A DNA stretch of 64,000 nt from an uncultured Ignavibacteria bacterium (GCA_963701735.1 CAVPBI010000019.1:948-64947); one strand, 5' to 3'. Shown: positions 10,239 to 19,480, counted from the stretch's first letter. The notes: a model not told the origin generated them from the sequence alone. Translations and numbers: made by a program.

Positions 10239-10751
10239 CTACTGGCCGCCATAAGCCATCCTGATATTGATGAACTTCAATTCACCTTCAGTGACGTTGA
10301 AGCCATCTATCGATTGACCCGTGTTCCAATAGACAACCTCAATAAGAAGGGGCGTGAAACTCCAAACCAGCGATGCCTCCTTGTCGTCGCCCCGCTCATC
10401 CGTTCTCTGGAGGGGTTCACCCAGCTTAGATTCGAATTTCCAGATCTTGTCCGTGACACGCAGCCCTGCTATTACGTGGTCAGGGTACGTCATGAATTTC
10501 CTGTTCCCTACTCCTTGAACTGTGATCTCCGAGACGTTCTGGTTCGGGTCGAAAGTGATGGTCAAGCCTGAATTCCTGAACCGGTGGATTTCGTTCGGCG
10601 GACTCTCAACCACATCGCTGGGTCTACCTAGGATTTCATAGACACGGTTCTTCGGGTCGCCCAGGTGAATAGGAAGTTGCCACTCCGGATCCTTCTTGCA
10701 CCCCGGCACAAGGATCCCCAGGACCAGCAGGGTCAGTGCTAAGTGTCTCAT
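10239..10751 (-). CDS. Hypothetical lipoprotein (island cargo).
   Basis: Start ATG at 10751 with AGGGGG 7 nt upstream. The lipobox reads LVLGILVPG|C. I recognise no family. Confidence 0.5.
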   Translation of the reverse strand: MRHLALTLLVLGILVPGCKKDPEWQLPIHLGDPKNRVYEILGRPSDVVESPPNEIHRFRNSGLTITFDPNQNVSEITVQGVGNRKFMTYPDHVIAGLRVTDKIWKFESKLGEPLQRTDERGDDKEASLVWSFTPLLIEVVYWNTGQSIDGFNVTEGELKFINIRMAYGGQ

Positions 10752-11341
10752 GGCACCCCCTAGAAGTTTCCCCGAAGGTACGACACCGGCTCCGCTATTC
10801 CAACCACCACCATCGCTCCCTGGGCCACTCCAGCGGGGCTGTAACCCAGATCTACAGCCATCTCCAGCCTGAGGAGCTGCATGGGGTGGTCGCCCGCATT
10901 GAAGTGCCACTGAACTAGCGATCCGTAGGTGAATCGCGTGTGCGGGCTGGGGCACCCTGTAGAATCAATTCTTTGGAGATCACTAGTTTTCGGCCTCCAA
11001 AAAGGTGCTACTGACGCGGGGTTTGGAAGGCACCCTGACGGGTCGGCGAAGAACAGGGCTAGGCCGGTATAAGACTAGCCATTTCTGACAATGGTCCAGT
11101 GATAACGTTTTGAGTGGCCTGTTTCTGGCAAGAAACACGCTTCTAGTGGCCCCCCGAACGACACCTCTCAATTCCCCGCGAGGGGCACTAGACCCCTTCT
11201 TCCTGGGGTTAACTACTCTTTCATCATTTCGGTTGATTCACGATGAAGTTCCGTCTGGTACACTTCATCGGGTTAATAGGTGCTACCATTGTGATTTCTG
11301 GATGTGATTGAACACCCGATGGCTTCCGCTGCTTCAGGGTT

Positions 11342-11404
11342 GCCGCCTTGGACTTTGTTCCGGACTCTTCGTTGCAAAGCCCACTCGGACGACCTATCGG
11401 GCTG
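11342..11404 (+). repeat. Conserved upstream element, copy 4 (upstream of the 11528 T9SS gene).
   Basis: GCCGCCTTGGACTTTGTTCCGGACTCTTCGTTGCAAAGCCCACTCGGACGACCTATCGGGCTG. Confidence 0.5.
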
Positions 11405-11527
11405 ATTATCGTACGAATTGTCCAATCGTTCATTGACCCTGCACGCGGTTTCCTGGTGTCGCATTTAGCGCCGCCGAGTGTTGCTGCTCCATCGTCCTAC
11501 ATCCTTCCTCAAGGGGAGGCGACATCC

Positions 11528-12769
11528 ATGAACAGAATACTCATTCTAGCTGGAATGTGTCTTGCTCAGGTTCTTCCGATTGCAAGTGGAATCTCTCAAT
11601 GGATTTCCAGAGGTGGCCCGAACGATGTGTTTTGCTTTGCTGTCGATGCAGAGCGTGGGCTATGGCTTGGAAGTCGGTTTGAAGGAGTCTATCGGTCGCT
11701 GGACGGGGGTGACAGTTGGATTCTGAGCGACACGGGACTGACCAATAAACATATCAACACATTGATGGTTACGCCACGCGGTGTGTTTGCGGGTACGAGG
11801 GGCGGCATATTTCTCTCCACAGACGGCGGCAGTTTGTGGGCCCATTCCGACGGTGGCATCGACACGAGCGTTGCCGCCAACGAAGTAATGGCACTTGCTA
11901 GGGTTGGGACTTATTTGTTCGCGGGGATGGGGGGAAATGGAGTCTACAGGTCGTCGGATGAGGGAGTAACTTGGTCTCAAGCCAGTTCAGGATTGGACGA
12001 GAACTATATCTGGTCAATGGCAGCCGTTGGCAACGACATCTTTGCGGGGACCGACAAGTCAATCTATATAAGTCAAAATTCTGCGAGCACATGGACCCAA
12101 GTGAACTTGGGATTGCCTACATCACCCGTATACGCAATTACTTCGTTGGGGTCGATTCTCATAATTGGCACAGACAAAGGAGTGTACACGCTCACCAACG
12201 TGGGAAGCACTTGGCAACACAAGAGTCTCGGGCGCCCAAATGAAGATGTGTGGTCTGTGGTCGTCGATAGCGCACGCGTCTTCACAGCCAATTATGGTTA
12301 TGGGGTCTTTCGGTCGGATGATTCCTGTTCAACATGGCATGATGTCAGTACAGGACTAACCAACCTCGTGGTCTGGCGCATTGTCATGGTTACACATGCT
12401 ACGAGGGAGACCGATTTGCTTGTGGGAACAAACGGGTCGGGCGTTTGGCAGCGGCCTCACTTTGAACTGCTAACTGCAGTTGACGATCACAGCGGGATGG
12501 TGCCACAGGCGTTCCTACTGTCTCAGAACTACCCCAACCCATTCAATCCCAATACGATTATCACGTACGAGTTACCCAAATTGTCTGAGGTCAGGTTAGG
12601 TGTCTACGACATGCTTGGACGTGAGGTATCCGTGTTGGTGAATGACAGGAGAGAGGCGGGAGTTCACGAGGTTCAGTTTGATGGGTCTGGTTTTGCGGGC
12701 GGCGTGTACTTCTACCGACTTCAGACGGGAGATTTCATGGCGACGAAGTGGCTCCTCTTATTAAAGTGA
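11528..12769 (+). CDS. Secreted BNR/Asp-box repeat protein with a T9SS CTD (island cargo, lower GC).
   Basis: AAGGGGAGG lies upstream of the ATG at 11528, and the signal peptide is MNRILILAGMCLAQVLPIASG. STDGGSLW-type repeats are present. The C terminus LSQNYPNPFNPNTIITYELP...GVYFYRLQTGDFMATKWLLLLK is a T9SS CTD. Confidence 0.8.
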   Translation: MNRILILAGMCLAQVLPIASGISQWISRGGPNDVFCFAVDAERGLWLGSRFEGVYRSLDGGDSWILSDTGLTNKHINTLMVTPRGVFAGTRGGIFLSTDGGSLWAHSDGGIDTSVAANEVMALARVGTYLFAGMGGNGVYRSSDEGVTWSQASSGLDENYIWSMAAVGNDIFAGTDKSIYISQNSASTWTQVNLGLPTSPVYAITSLGSILIIGTDKGVYTLTNVGSTWQHKSLGRPNEDVWSVVVDSARVFTANYGYGVFRSDDSCSTWHDVSTGLTNLVVWRIVMVTHATRETDLLVGTNGSGVWQRPHFELLTAVDDHSGMVPQAFLLSQNYPNPFNPNTIITYELPKLSEVRLGVYDMLGREVSVLVNDRREAGVHEVQFDGSGFAGGVYFYRLQTGDFMATKWLLLLK

Positions 12770-12968
12770 AGGCGGGCTCAGATATCCCACGCAAGCAATT
12801 CTTTCAGAGGCGAATGCCGAAGTCGGGAAAGATTCCCGAGTTGTGTTTTTCGTAACCGCCGCCGTTTGGGGGAATCAAAGGCGGATGGTCTACAATGCGG
12901 AGACCAAATCGCGTGTTGGTCGACAAGAAGCGGGATGTACAAACATTCGAAATAGAGAGGCAAGAACC

Positions 12969-14510
12969 GTGAAAAGCACTCTTCTCATGGTGACCCTTTG
13001 CAGCCTTCTGCCTGCGACGATACATGCGCAATGGTTCAAGATGACTGACGGTGACGTGTTTGCATTCGCCAAGAGCGCCTCGGATCTCTTTGCGGGAACT
13101 ACCGGTGGAGTCTTGCTTTCAACCGATGAGGGGACAACTTGGACTGCGGTCAACACGGGGTTACCGACGGACCCTCGCGTCCGTGCCCTCGCCGTCTCCG
13201 GCGGGAATCTCTTCGCTGGGTGTTATGTCGATGGCGTCTTTCTCTCCACCGACAACGGTGCAAGCTGGAGTAATACCGGCTTCCAAGGCACTAATGTTAC
13301 AGCTTTTGCCGTCTTGGGTACTAATCTCTTTGTTGGGACTGGCGGCTTCGGCGTCTATCTCTCAGCGGACAACGGCACAAGCTGGACTACAGCGAGTGCC
13401 GGCTTGACGCCTGATGTCCGCTGTCTTGCCGTCAGCGGCTCGAATCTTTTTGCAGGGACCTATGGCGGCGACGCCATCTATCTCTCAACGAACAACGGGA
13501 CAAGTTGGACTGCGGTCAATACCGGCTTGACGACCTTTGTTGTCCATGCTCTTGCGGTCTCGGACACGAATCTCATTGCAGGGGCTCGGGACGGCACCTT
13601 TCTTTCAACCGACAACGGAGCGAACTGGACACTAGCCTCCCCGAAAACGGAAGTTCGGGCCTTGGCGGTCAGTGACACCAGTCTTTTTGCCGGATTTAGC
13701 GGCTCAGGCGTTGATGGTTCGACCAACGGCGGCACAAGTTGGTTCGAAGGTTATTGGAATGGGGGTCGTGCCGCTTGTAGGGCACTCTGTATTACGACCT
13801 CGTATCTCTTTTTTGGAGACGAGAACGGGGCTTGGCGGAGAAGCCTAACTGAGTTGCTGCCGGAATTCTATCCCCCCCGTATTGGAAGCGTGCGTGATGT
13901 CCCGAATGACCAAGGCGGTAAGGTCAGCATGCTCTGGTCCCGGTCAAGCCTGGATATAACGGCTATTCAGACTATCACAGAGTATAGAGTATGGCGCGGG
14001 GTGAGGAACGCACTCTTGTCAATTGTCTGGGAGTATGTTGGCTCGAGCCCCGCGCAAGGCTTTCCTGAGTACTCCTATACGGTGCCGACGCCCTCTGACT
14101 CCGGCCCCCAAGGCAACTCCATGTACTACTTCCGCGTGAGTGCTCAAACTACAACACCTGAGACATCCTTTTTCTCTAAGCCCGACAGCGGCTACAGCGT
14201 GAACAACCTCCTGATTGGTGTGGATGATGATAATCAGTCAGTAGTCTCCTCGTATTCACTCAGCCAGAACTACCCAAATCCATTCAATCCGAGCACGACA
14301 ATCAGATACGCGCTGCCGGAGAGGTCTCACGTCACTCTCACAGTCTTCAACGCGCTCGGGCAGCAGGTAGCCACCCTGGTTCAGGCAGAGCAGGAGGCTG
14401 GGTATCACGAGGTGCAGTATGAAGCTTCAAGCCTTGCAAGCGGAGTATACCCCTACAGGTTGCAGGCGGGAGATTTCGCACAGACGCGACGACTTGTATT
14501 GCTGCGCTAG
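12969..14510 (+). CDS. Secreted BNR/Asp-box repeat protein with a central Ig/CARDB-like region and a T9SS CTD.
   Basis: GTG at 12969 (VKSTLLMVTLCSLLPATIHA|QW) with GAGAGG upstream. An alternative start is the ATG at 12987. LFAGTxGGVxLSTDxGTxWT repeats are present. The C terminus LSQNYPNPFNPSTTIRYALPERSHVTLTVFNALGQ...GVYPYRLQAGDFAQTRRLVLLR is a T9SS CTD. Confidence 0.8.
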   Translation: MKSTLLMVTLCSLLPATIHAQWFKMTDGDVFAFAKSASDLFAGTTGGVLLSTDEGTTWTAVNTGLPTDPRVRALAVSGGNLFAGCYVDGVFLSTDNGASWSNTGFQGTNVTAFAVLGTNLFVGTGGFGVYLSADNGTSWTTASAGLTPDVRCLAVSGSNLFAGTYGGDAIYLSTNNGTSWTAVNTGLTTFVVHALAVSDTNLIAGARDGTFLSTDNGANWTLASPKTEVRALAVSDTSLFAGFSGSGVDGSTNGGTSWFEGYWNGGRAACRALCITTSYLFFGDENGAWRRSLTELLPEFYPPRIGSVRDVPNDQGGKVSMLWSRSSLDITAIQTITEYRVWRGVRNALLSIVWEYVGSSPAQGFPEYSYTVPTPSDSGPQGNSMYYFRVSAQTTTPETSFFSKPDSGYSVNNLLIGVDDDNQSVVSSYSLSQNYPNPFNPSTTIRYALPERSHVTLTVFNALGQQVATLVQAEQEAGYHEVQYEASSLASGVYPYRLQAGDFAQTRRLVLLR

Positions 14511-14626
14511 CATCTGTTGCTCAACGTCTTCTGCATTTCAGCAGGCCGCGGACCGGTGCTCAGAGTGGCCCTTCTTTCGTGTCTTTCCGGCCCGTTACTT
14601 CATGCCCCAATGCCCCGGAGGCACCA

Positions 14627-16078
14627 ATGAAGCCAAGTCCATTCCCACTCCTGACCATGTTCAGCCTCTTCGTCGTGTTCGCGAGCCAGACGGATGCGCA
14701 GACGCTAGTCCTGGACACAACGTATAGCACGTCATCCTACGAGGAGGCATATGCACTCGTTCTGCCTCCCTCTGGTGGGTACGTGGTGGCAGGCACTTCC
14801 AGCCCTGGCGGCAACAGTCCTGGAACCGCAGCAATCACACTATTTGACAGTCTACTCCGATTCGAGCGCAGGGTTTCCTACTATGGGGCGTACTCCGCCA
14901 CTGGATATTCGATGAAACACACCTTTGACAACGGATATGTGATTACAGGGGTAACTCGTAGCTCTGATGGTGTTGGGGGCAGTGACATATATGTCTTGAA
15001 GGTAGATGCACAAGGTGATCCGAATTGGGACACCTGGTACGGCACCAACTATGCTGACGTAGGACGCGATGTCGCTCAGGCTCAGGATCTTGGGTATGTG
15101 GTTGTAGGGGACAAGGGTGACCAATCCGGAGGGCAGGATTTGTGGCTGGTGAAGTTCGACCTATATGGAAACTTTGACTGGGAGAAATCCTACGGGGACG
15201 CTGATCTTGGTAGGGCGATCTGTGAAACGGGCGATGGGGGGTTTGTCGTGGCAGGTGAAGTCACGTCCTCTCCGAACACAGATGCATTTGTAATGGGTGT
15301 CTCGGCTGATGGGAGTAGACTCTGGTCGAAGCGCTTGGCCCCTCGTACCATAACGAATGCCGCCGCGGTAAAGAGGATACCTTCGGGAGGATATATCGTT
15401 GCCGGGTCCGCCACAGCCTGGCCAAACTTGGATTACGATATCTATCTGATGAGATTCAACGAGACAGGAGATACGCTCTGGACAAAGATCGTGGAACTAC
15501 CCGGGGACCAGATCCCTGCATCCGTCGAGATCGGCGTCGGGGGTGGGTTTGTGGTAGCTGGGAGGAACATCCGGGATTCAAACTCTGACCTCACAGACAT
15601 CCTGATCGCCCGGTTCGATGATGCTGGTAATATGCGATGGAGTAGACTGATCGGTGGGGCAAAGGCTGACTACGGCTATTCCGTCGGAGTGGCTAAGGAC
15701 ACTTCGTACGTTGTGGCGGGAACTTCCTTCAGTTCGAGCAGCGGAACGGCCGATATCATGCTTTGTGGAGTGAAGGACATCCTCTCCGATGTTGGACCTG
15801 GAGTCTCGGCCCCAAACGGTTTCGCTCTTGGCCAGAACTATCCAAACCCTTTCAACCCGAGCACGACCATCAAGTACGAGTTGCCGAAAGCGTCGGTCGT
15901 GAGGCTGAGTGTCTACGACTTACTCGGTCGTGAGGTATCCGTGTTGGTGGATGAGAGGAGGGATGCTGGAGTGCACCAGGTTCAATTCGATGCCTCTGGA
16001 CTGGCAAGTGGAGTGTACCTGTACCGACTGCAGGCTGGCGACTTCGTCCAGACCCGCAGACTGGTTCTAATACATTAA
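14627..16078 (+). CDS. Secreted SBBP-type beta-propeller repeat protein with a T9SS CTD.
   Basis: Signal peptide MKPSPFPLLTMFSLFVVFASQTDA|Q. There are about seven repeats of the form Y(G/S)xxxxDxGxxIxxTxDGG(Y/F)VVAG, which are SBBP-like. The C terminus LGQNYPNPFNPSTTIKYELP...GVYLYRLQAGDFVQTRRLVLIH is a T9SS CTD. Confidence 0.75.
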   Translation: MKPSPFPLLTMFSLFVVFASQTDAQTLVLDTTYSTSSYEEAYALVLPPSGGYVVAGTSSPGGNSPGTAAITLFDSLLRFERRVSYYGAYSATGYSMKHTFDNGYVITGVTRSSDGVGGSDIYVLKVDAQGDPNWDTWYGTNYADVGRDVAQAQDLGYVVVGDKGDQSGGQDLWLVKFDLYGNFDWEKSYGDADLGRAICETGDGGFVVAGEVTSSPNTDAFVMGVSADGSRLWSKRLAPRTITNAAAVKRIPSGGYIVAGSATAWPNLDYDIYLMRFNETGDTLWTKIVELPGDQIPASVEIGVGGGFVVAGRNIRDSNSDLTDILIARFDDAGNMRWSRLIGGAKADYGYSVGVAKDTSYVVAGTSFSSSSGTADIMLCGVKDILSDVGPGVSAPNGFALGQNYPNPFNPSTTIKYELPKASVVRLSVYDLLGREVSVLVDERRDAGVHQVQFDASGLASGVYLYRLQAGDFVQTRRLVLIH

Positions 16079-16100
16079 CCACGGCCCAGACTCTTCAAAT

Positions 16101-16135
16101 GGGGGGCCTGTTTTTGGCCCCCCCGCTTCTTTCCG
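16101..16135 (+). terminator. Rho-independent terminator downstream of the 14627..16078 gene.
   Basis: GGGGGGCC-tgttttt-GGCCCCCC stem-loop followed by a CTTCTTTCC T-rich tract. Confidence 0.6.
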
Positions 16136-16367
16136 TCCAAAAATCCAGCCAAAACCACAGCTCTGCGAAGCCTGTTTGCGCTATCTCCTCCAAGGGGTAT
16201 CCAGAGTACCCCCCGGGAGAGTTCGCCCCGAAACCTCGTGTTGAGTGGGGGTTTTTCAGCGACGAATGGCTCTCCCCGGACCTCTCCGGGGCCCTTGCTA
16301 TTGGTCCCCTCGTGCAGTACGTTCGGCCACATGTTGTTTGGTGCTCTGTGGCTTCTCCAGCCATCGA

Positions 16368-16432
16368 GCCGCCGCTTTGGACCCTGGAATAGTTCTTCCG
16401 TTGTAGAGCCCACCCTGACGACCCCCTGGCTG
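16368..16432 (+). repeat. Conserved upstream element, copy 5 (upstream of the 16619 T9SS beta-lactamase-like gene).
   Basis: GCCGCCGCTTTGGACCCTGGAATAGTTCTTCCGTTGTAGAGCCCACCCTGACGACCCCCTGGCTG. A 25-nt core is identical to copy 3 apart from one inserted T. Confidence 0.5.
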
Positions 16433-16618
16433 TAAGCCTCGACGTACACTGATTTCACGGTGACTGAGAGACTCAGTGGCTCGACGTAGAAGTCAGCGAG
16501 CCGTCGAGTGTTTCTGGTCTGCCCGACGACGCGCCGAGTTCTGCGTCAAGGTGTCATTCACTGGTTGTCGTAGCGGCCTGTTCAGGTTGAGAGTTACCTA
16601 CACAACAACGGAGGAGTT

Positions 16619-18145
16619 ATGCCCCGATTGTATTTGCTTCTTTTCGCTGTGGCGCTGGCTGTTAATGCGAACGGCCAGAGTTCAGTGTCGCTGCAACCAC
16701 ACCGGGGTCCATTGAGAGAAAACATTCCCGCAGCCGCCACGCGAGCGACTGCGTCCGTTTCCCAAACCAGTGCCCCTAGTACCTCCACTTCGCTCGACAG
16801 TTTTTTTACCGCGTATATGGCCACATACCACATTCCGGGGGTAGCGGCATGCATTATCAAGAAGAATAGGGTGGCATGGCAAGGATACTATGGATTGGCG
16901 GACATGTCCCTGAACATCAACGTTACCGACAGTACCATCTTCATGCTTGGCTCAATCTCAAAAACAGTCACCACCACTGCGCTGATGCAACTGTATGAGG
17001 CCGGCCGTTTCCAGCTTGACGATAGCGTAGACAGATATGTCCGGTTTGAAGTCCGCAACCCAAACCACCCGAGTGTTCCGATTACATTCAGAATGTTGCT
17101 CACTCACACTTCTTCGATAGGGGACAACTGGGCCGTTTTGTCCAATCTCTATGTCATGGGCGACCACCCGTTGTCGCTCGGTACGTTTCTTAGGAGGTAT
17201 TTGTTGCCAGGAGAAAGGTACTACAGTTTAGGTAACTTCTATAGGTATGCCCCGGGGACCACCTGGAATTACTGTAATGTCGGGGCTGCTCTTTGCGGTT
17301 ACCTTGTTGAAAGGATATCAGGGATTCCATTTGACCAGTATTGCAGAGACAGCGTCTTTGTGCCTTTACGAATGGCACGGACGGCCTGGTTCCTCCGAGA
17401 TCTGGACACCGCCTTGGTTGCACGCCCCTACACGTATTCGTCTGGAACGTATATTGACCAGGGCCTGTATGGTTACCCTGACTATCCGGATGGCCAACTA
17501 CGAACGACAGCTGCTTCCCTCGCCAGGTTTCTCATGGCCAACATGAACGGCGGCGAACTGGATGGCCAGAAGGTGCTCGACAGTTCAACCGTTCGCCTGA
17601 TGCGCACACGGTGGTTCTTCGGTGGAGCCGGGGGTAGACAAGAAGACCAAGGCTTGATATGGTACACAGCGACGATTAACGGTAAGAGACTCTGGGGACA
17701 CACGGGCGGAGATGCCGGTGTTACAACCGCGGCATTCCTGTCGGAACAGGATAGCACTGGCGTTCTGTTTCTGTCAAACCTCTCCCCCGACGATTTCGCC
17801 TGGCGAGACATTGTCGATCGATTGATGACCGAAGCCGACACACTTACTGTGGACGTGCGTCAACCCGTCGCCTATGGGCCGGAGGAAGTTCTGCTGCACC
17901 AGAACTATCCCAACCCATTTAACCCCAGCACTACTATTCGATACGCGCTACCGATACGCTCACACGTCGTGCTCACCATCTTCAATATGCTAGGAGAGAG
18001 GGTAGCGGAGCTTGTGAATGGAGAGGTAGAGGCTGGCTATCATGAGGTCCAGTTCGATGGAGCGACTCTCGCAAGTGGTGTGTACTTCTACCGACTGCAA
18101 GCGGGAGATTTTGTGCACTCGAAGAAATTGATGATTGTGCGTTAA
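16619..18145 (+). CDS. Serine beta-lactamase / PBP4-family hydrolase with a T9SS CTD.
   Basis: AGGAG lies upstream of the ATG. Signal peptide MPRLYLLLFAVALAVNANG|QS. SxxK (SISK), YxN (YCN) and HTGGDAG motifs are present. The C terminus LHQNYPNPFNPSTTIRYALP...GVYFYRLQAGDFVHSKKLMIVR is a T9SS CTD. Confidence 0.8.
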   Translation: MPRLYLLLFAVALAVNANGQSSVSLQPHRGPLRENIPAAATRATASVSQTSAPSTSTSLDSFFTAYMATYHIPGVAACIIKKNRVAWQGYYGLADMSLNINVTDSTIFMLGSISKTVTTTALMQLYEAGRFQLDDSVDRYVRFEVRNPNHPSVPITFRMLLTHTSSIGDNWAVLSNLYVMGDHPLSLGTFLRRYLLPGERYYSLGNFYRYAPGTTWNYCNVGAALCGYLVERISGIPFDQYCRDSVFVPLRMARTAWFLRDLDTALVARPYTYSSGTYIDQGLYGYPDYPDGQLRTTAASLARFLMANMNGGELDGQKVLDSSTVRLMRTRWFFGGAGGRQEDQGLIWYTATINGKRLWGHTGGDAGVTTAAFLSEQDSTGVLFLSNLSPDDFAWRDIVDRLMTEADTLTVDVRQPVAYGPEEVLLHQNYPNPFNPSTTIRYALPIRSHVVLTIFNMLGERVAELVNGEVEAGYHEVQFDGATLASGVYFYRLQAGDFVHSKKLMIVR

Positions 18146-18173
18146 TCACTTGACATCACACGTTTGACAACAG

Positions 18174-18205
18174 GCCCAGGCAGCGATGTCTGGGCTTTCT
18201 TTTTC
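18174..18205 (+). terminator. Rho-independent terminator downstream of the 16619..18145 gene.
   Basis: GCCCAG-gcagcgatgt-CTGGGC followed by TTTCTTTTTC. Confidence 0.6.
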
Positions 18206-18547
18206 ATCCCCCTCGCCCTCCTAGTACTTCCCGAATGATTTTCAAAAATATTGTGTGCGGACCAAATAGATTGAAGCCTACCCCCCTTGAATAGCGGGTT
18301 TTGGGTCGAGTTCAGGTTGAGTTTGATTTCAATCTGGATAAAGGGACTCTGAGACCATGACGCCCTGACGTAGGCCATGCCTTTCACAAGAACTCCCCGC
18401 TCAACAACGAGTTTTACGGCTAGCTCCAGCGGGTGACCAGTGAGGTGGGGTGGAGGGGGTCGGAGGGGAAAGCGGTGTTGAAGGTGTTTGATTAGCTGTG
18501 TGACCTCTTGAAGGCGGGAAGGTGGGGCGACCCTTGACTGCCGGCCA

Positions 18548-18616
18548 GGGTGTTCGTACCTTTGCTCCGGCGTGTTGACAAACGTGTTGACAGAAGTTGT
18601 CGACACTTGTCAACAG
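18548..18616 (+). repeat. Right-end cluster of GTGTTGACA / CTGTTGACA repeats (direct and inverted) immediately upstream of tRNA-Pro. These are candidate arm-type sites.
   Basis: Sequence: GTGTTCG...CGTGTTGACAaacGTGTTGACAGaaGTTGTCGACActTGTCAACAG. It mirrors the left-end cluster at 9057-9093, and a further pair lies at 18148-18173. Confidence 0.55.
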
Positions 18617-18674
18617 TCGCCAAAACTAACGCCTGAACATGACAGAAAATCGCTGAAACAAGCCTAAATTCCCT

Positions 18675-18749
18675 CGGGGTGTAGCTCAGCCCGGTTAGAG
18701 CGCTTGCTTTGGGAGCAAGAAGTCGCTGGTTCGAATCCAGTCACCCCGA
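18675..18749 (+). tRNA. tRNA-Pro, anticodon TGG.
   Basis: Cloverleaf read by hand. Acceptor CGGGGTG/CACCCCG, D-stem GCTC/GAGC, anticodon stem CTTGC/GCAAG with loop TTTGGGA, T-arm GCTGG-TTCGAAT-CCAGT, discriminator A. Confidence 0.85.
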
Positions 18750-18775
18750 CTCACACTCGACTTTTGTTGCCCTCC

Positions 18776-19477
18776 TCAGAAGGCCGTGTAGAGGTAATAC
18801 ACGCCGCCAAGTATCACCATCACGCCGGCGACCCGTTTCATCCACAGCGCCCCCTTCGAGCGTTCGGTCCAGTGAAGGTACCGCTGCACGGTTCCGACGG
18901 AACCCCCGGCTCCGGCAATCACGGCACAGTGCCCGATCCCAAACGCCGCAATGAGTCCCAGTGCCTCAAGGGGATTCGTTGATGCCACGCTGAACACCAC
19001 TCCAAGCACCGGTGCCATATATGCAAACGTGCACGGTCCCAGACCGATGCCGAAGATCAACCCGAGCAGGAGCGCACCCTTCCACCCCCGGGCGACCGAC
19101 GTCTGAGGTACGGCACCTCGCCACGATACATGGATGACATCCAGGAAGTAGAGCCCGACGATGAAGAACACCCCAGCCACGATGAGATTGCCCCAGACGC
19201 CGACATCGCCCATCATTCTGCCTGCGGAAGCCGTGATCACTCCAATCAGTCCGATGGTGATCAGAATCCCCACGGCGAAGATCAACGAGAGGAGGTACGG
19301 CCGCGCCGTGCCGGTCTGTTCCTGACTGCTGATGTAGCCGACAACAAGGGGGATGCTGGAGAGATGACAGGGACTGAGAACGATGCTCAAGACACCCCAA
19401 CCTGCTGCAGCAAGTAGAGCGATGCCGAAGCTGTCGCTCATGGCCATCGTCAGCCATGTGAAGAGTTCATCGAGCAT
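18776..19477 (-). CDS. ccdA: Cytochrome c-type biogenesis protein CcdA / DsbD-family transmembrane thiol-disulfide transporter.
   Basis: Six TM segments. LSPCHL and GLGPCTF carry the paired Cys motifs. Confidence 0.8.
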   Translation of the reverse strand: MLDELFTWLTMAMSDSFGIALLAAAGWGVLSIVLSPCHLSSIPLVVGYISSQEQTGTARPYLLSLIFAVGILITIGLIGVITASAGRMMGDVGVWGNLIVAGVFFIVGLYFLDVIHVSWRGAVPQTSVARGWKGALLLGLIFGIGLGPCTFAYMAPVLGVVFSVASTNPLEALGLIAAFGIGHCAVIAGAGGSVGTVQRYLHWTERSKGALWMKRVAGVMVILGGVYYLYTAF

Positions 19478-19480
19478 GAG

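Larger units (their letters stand above)
9017..18749 (+). mobile_element. Putative tRNA-Pro-associated integrated genomic island, about 9.7 kb. Integrase sits at the left end, cargo is T9SS-CTD genes, and the intact tRNA-Pro sits at the right end.
   Basis: The 22-bp exact direct repeat TTGGGAGCAAGAAGTCGCTGGT occurs at 9017-9038 and inside tRNA-Pro at 18709-18730. CTGTTGACA arm-type repeat clusters lie just inside both ends. A tyrosine recombinase gene is at 9105. GC is visibly lower (about 52-55%) than the flanks (about 64%). Confidence 0.6.

Noticed and set aside
10143-10571. A + strand 142-aa ORF overlapping the minus-strand lipoprotein gene.
   Set aside because: The minus-strand gene has a ribosome-binding site and a lipobox signal peptide. 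The + strand ORF has neither.
16099-16392. A 97-aa ORF in the 16079-16618 intergenic region.
   Set aside because: It spans the terminator hairpin and the conserved upstream element. It has no ribosome-binding site, and the element's conserved in-frame stops argue against coding.
18142-18606. A 154-aa minus-strand ORF spanning the terminator and the arm-site repeats.
   Set aside because: It lies entirely in the att-like noncoding region, crosses a terminator hairpin, and has no ribosome-binding site or domain.
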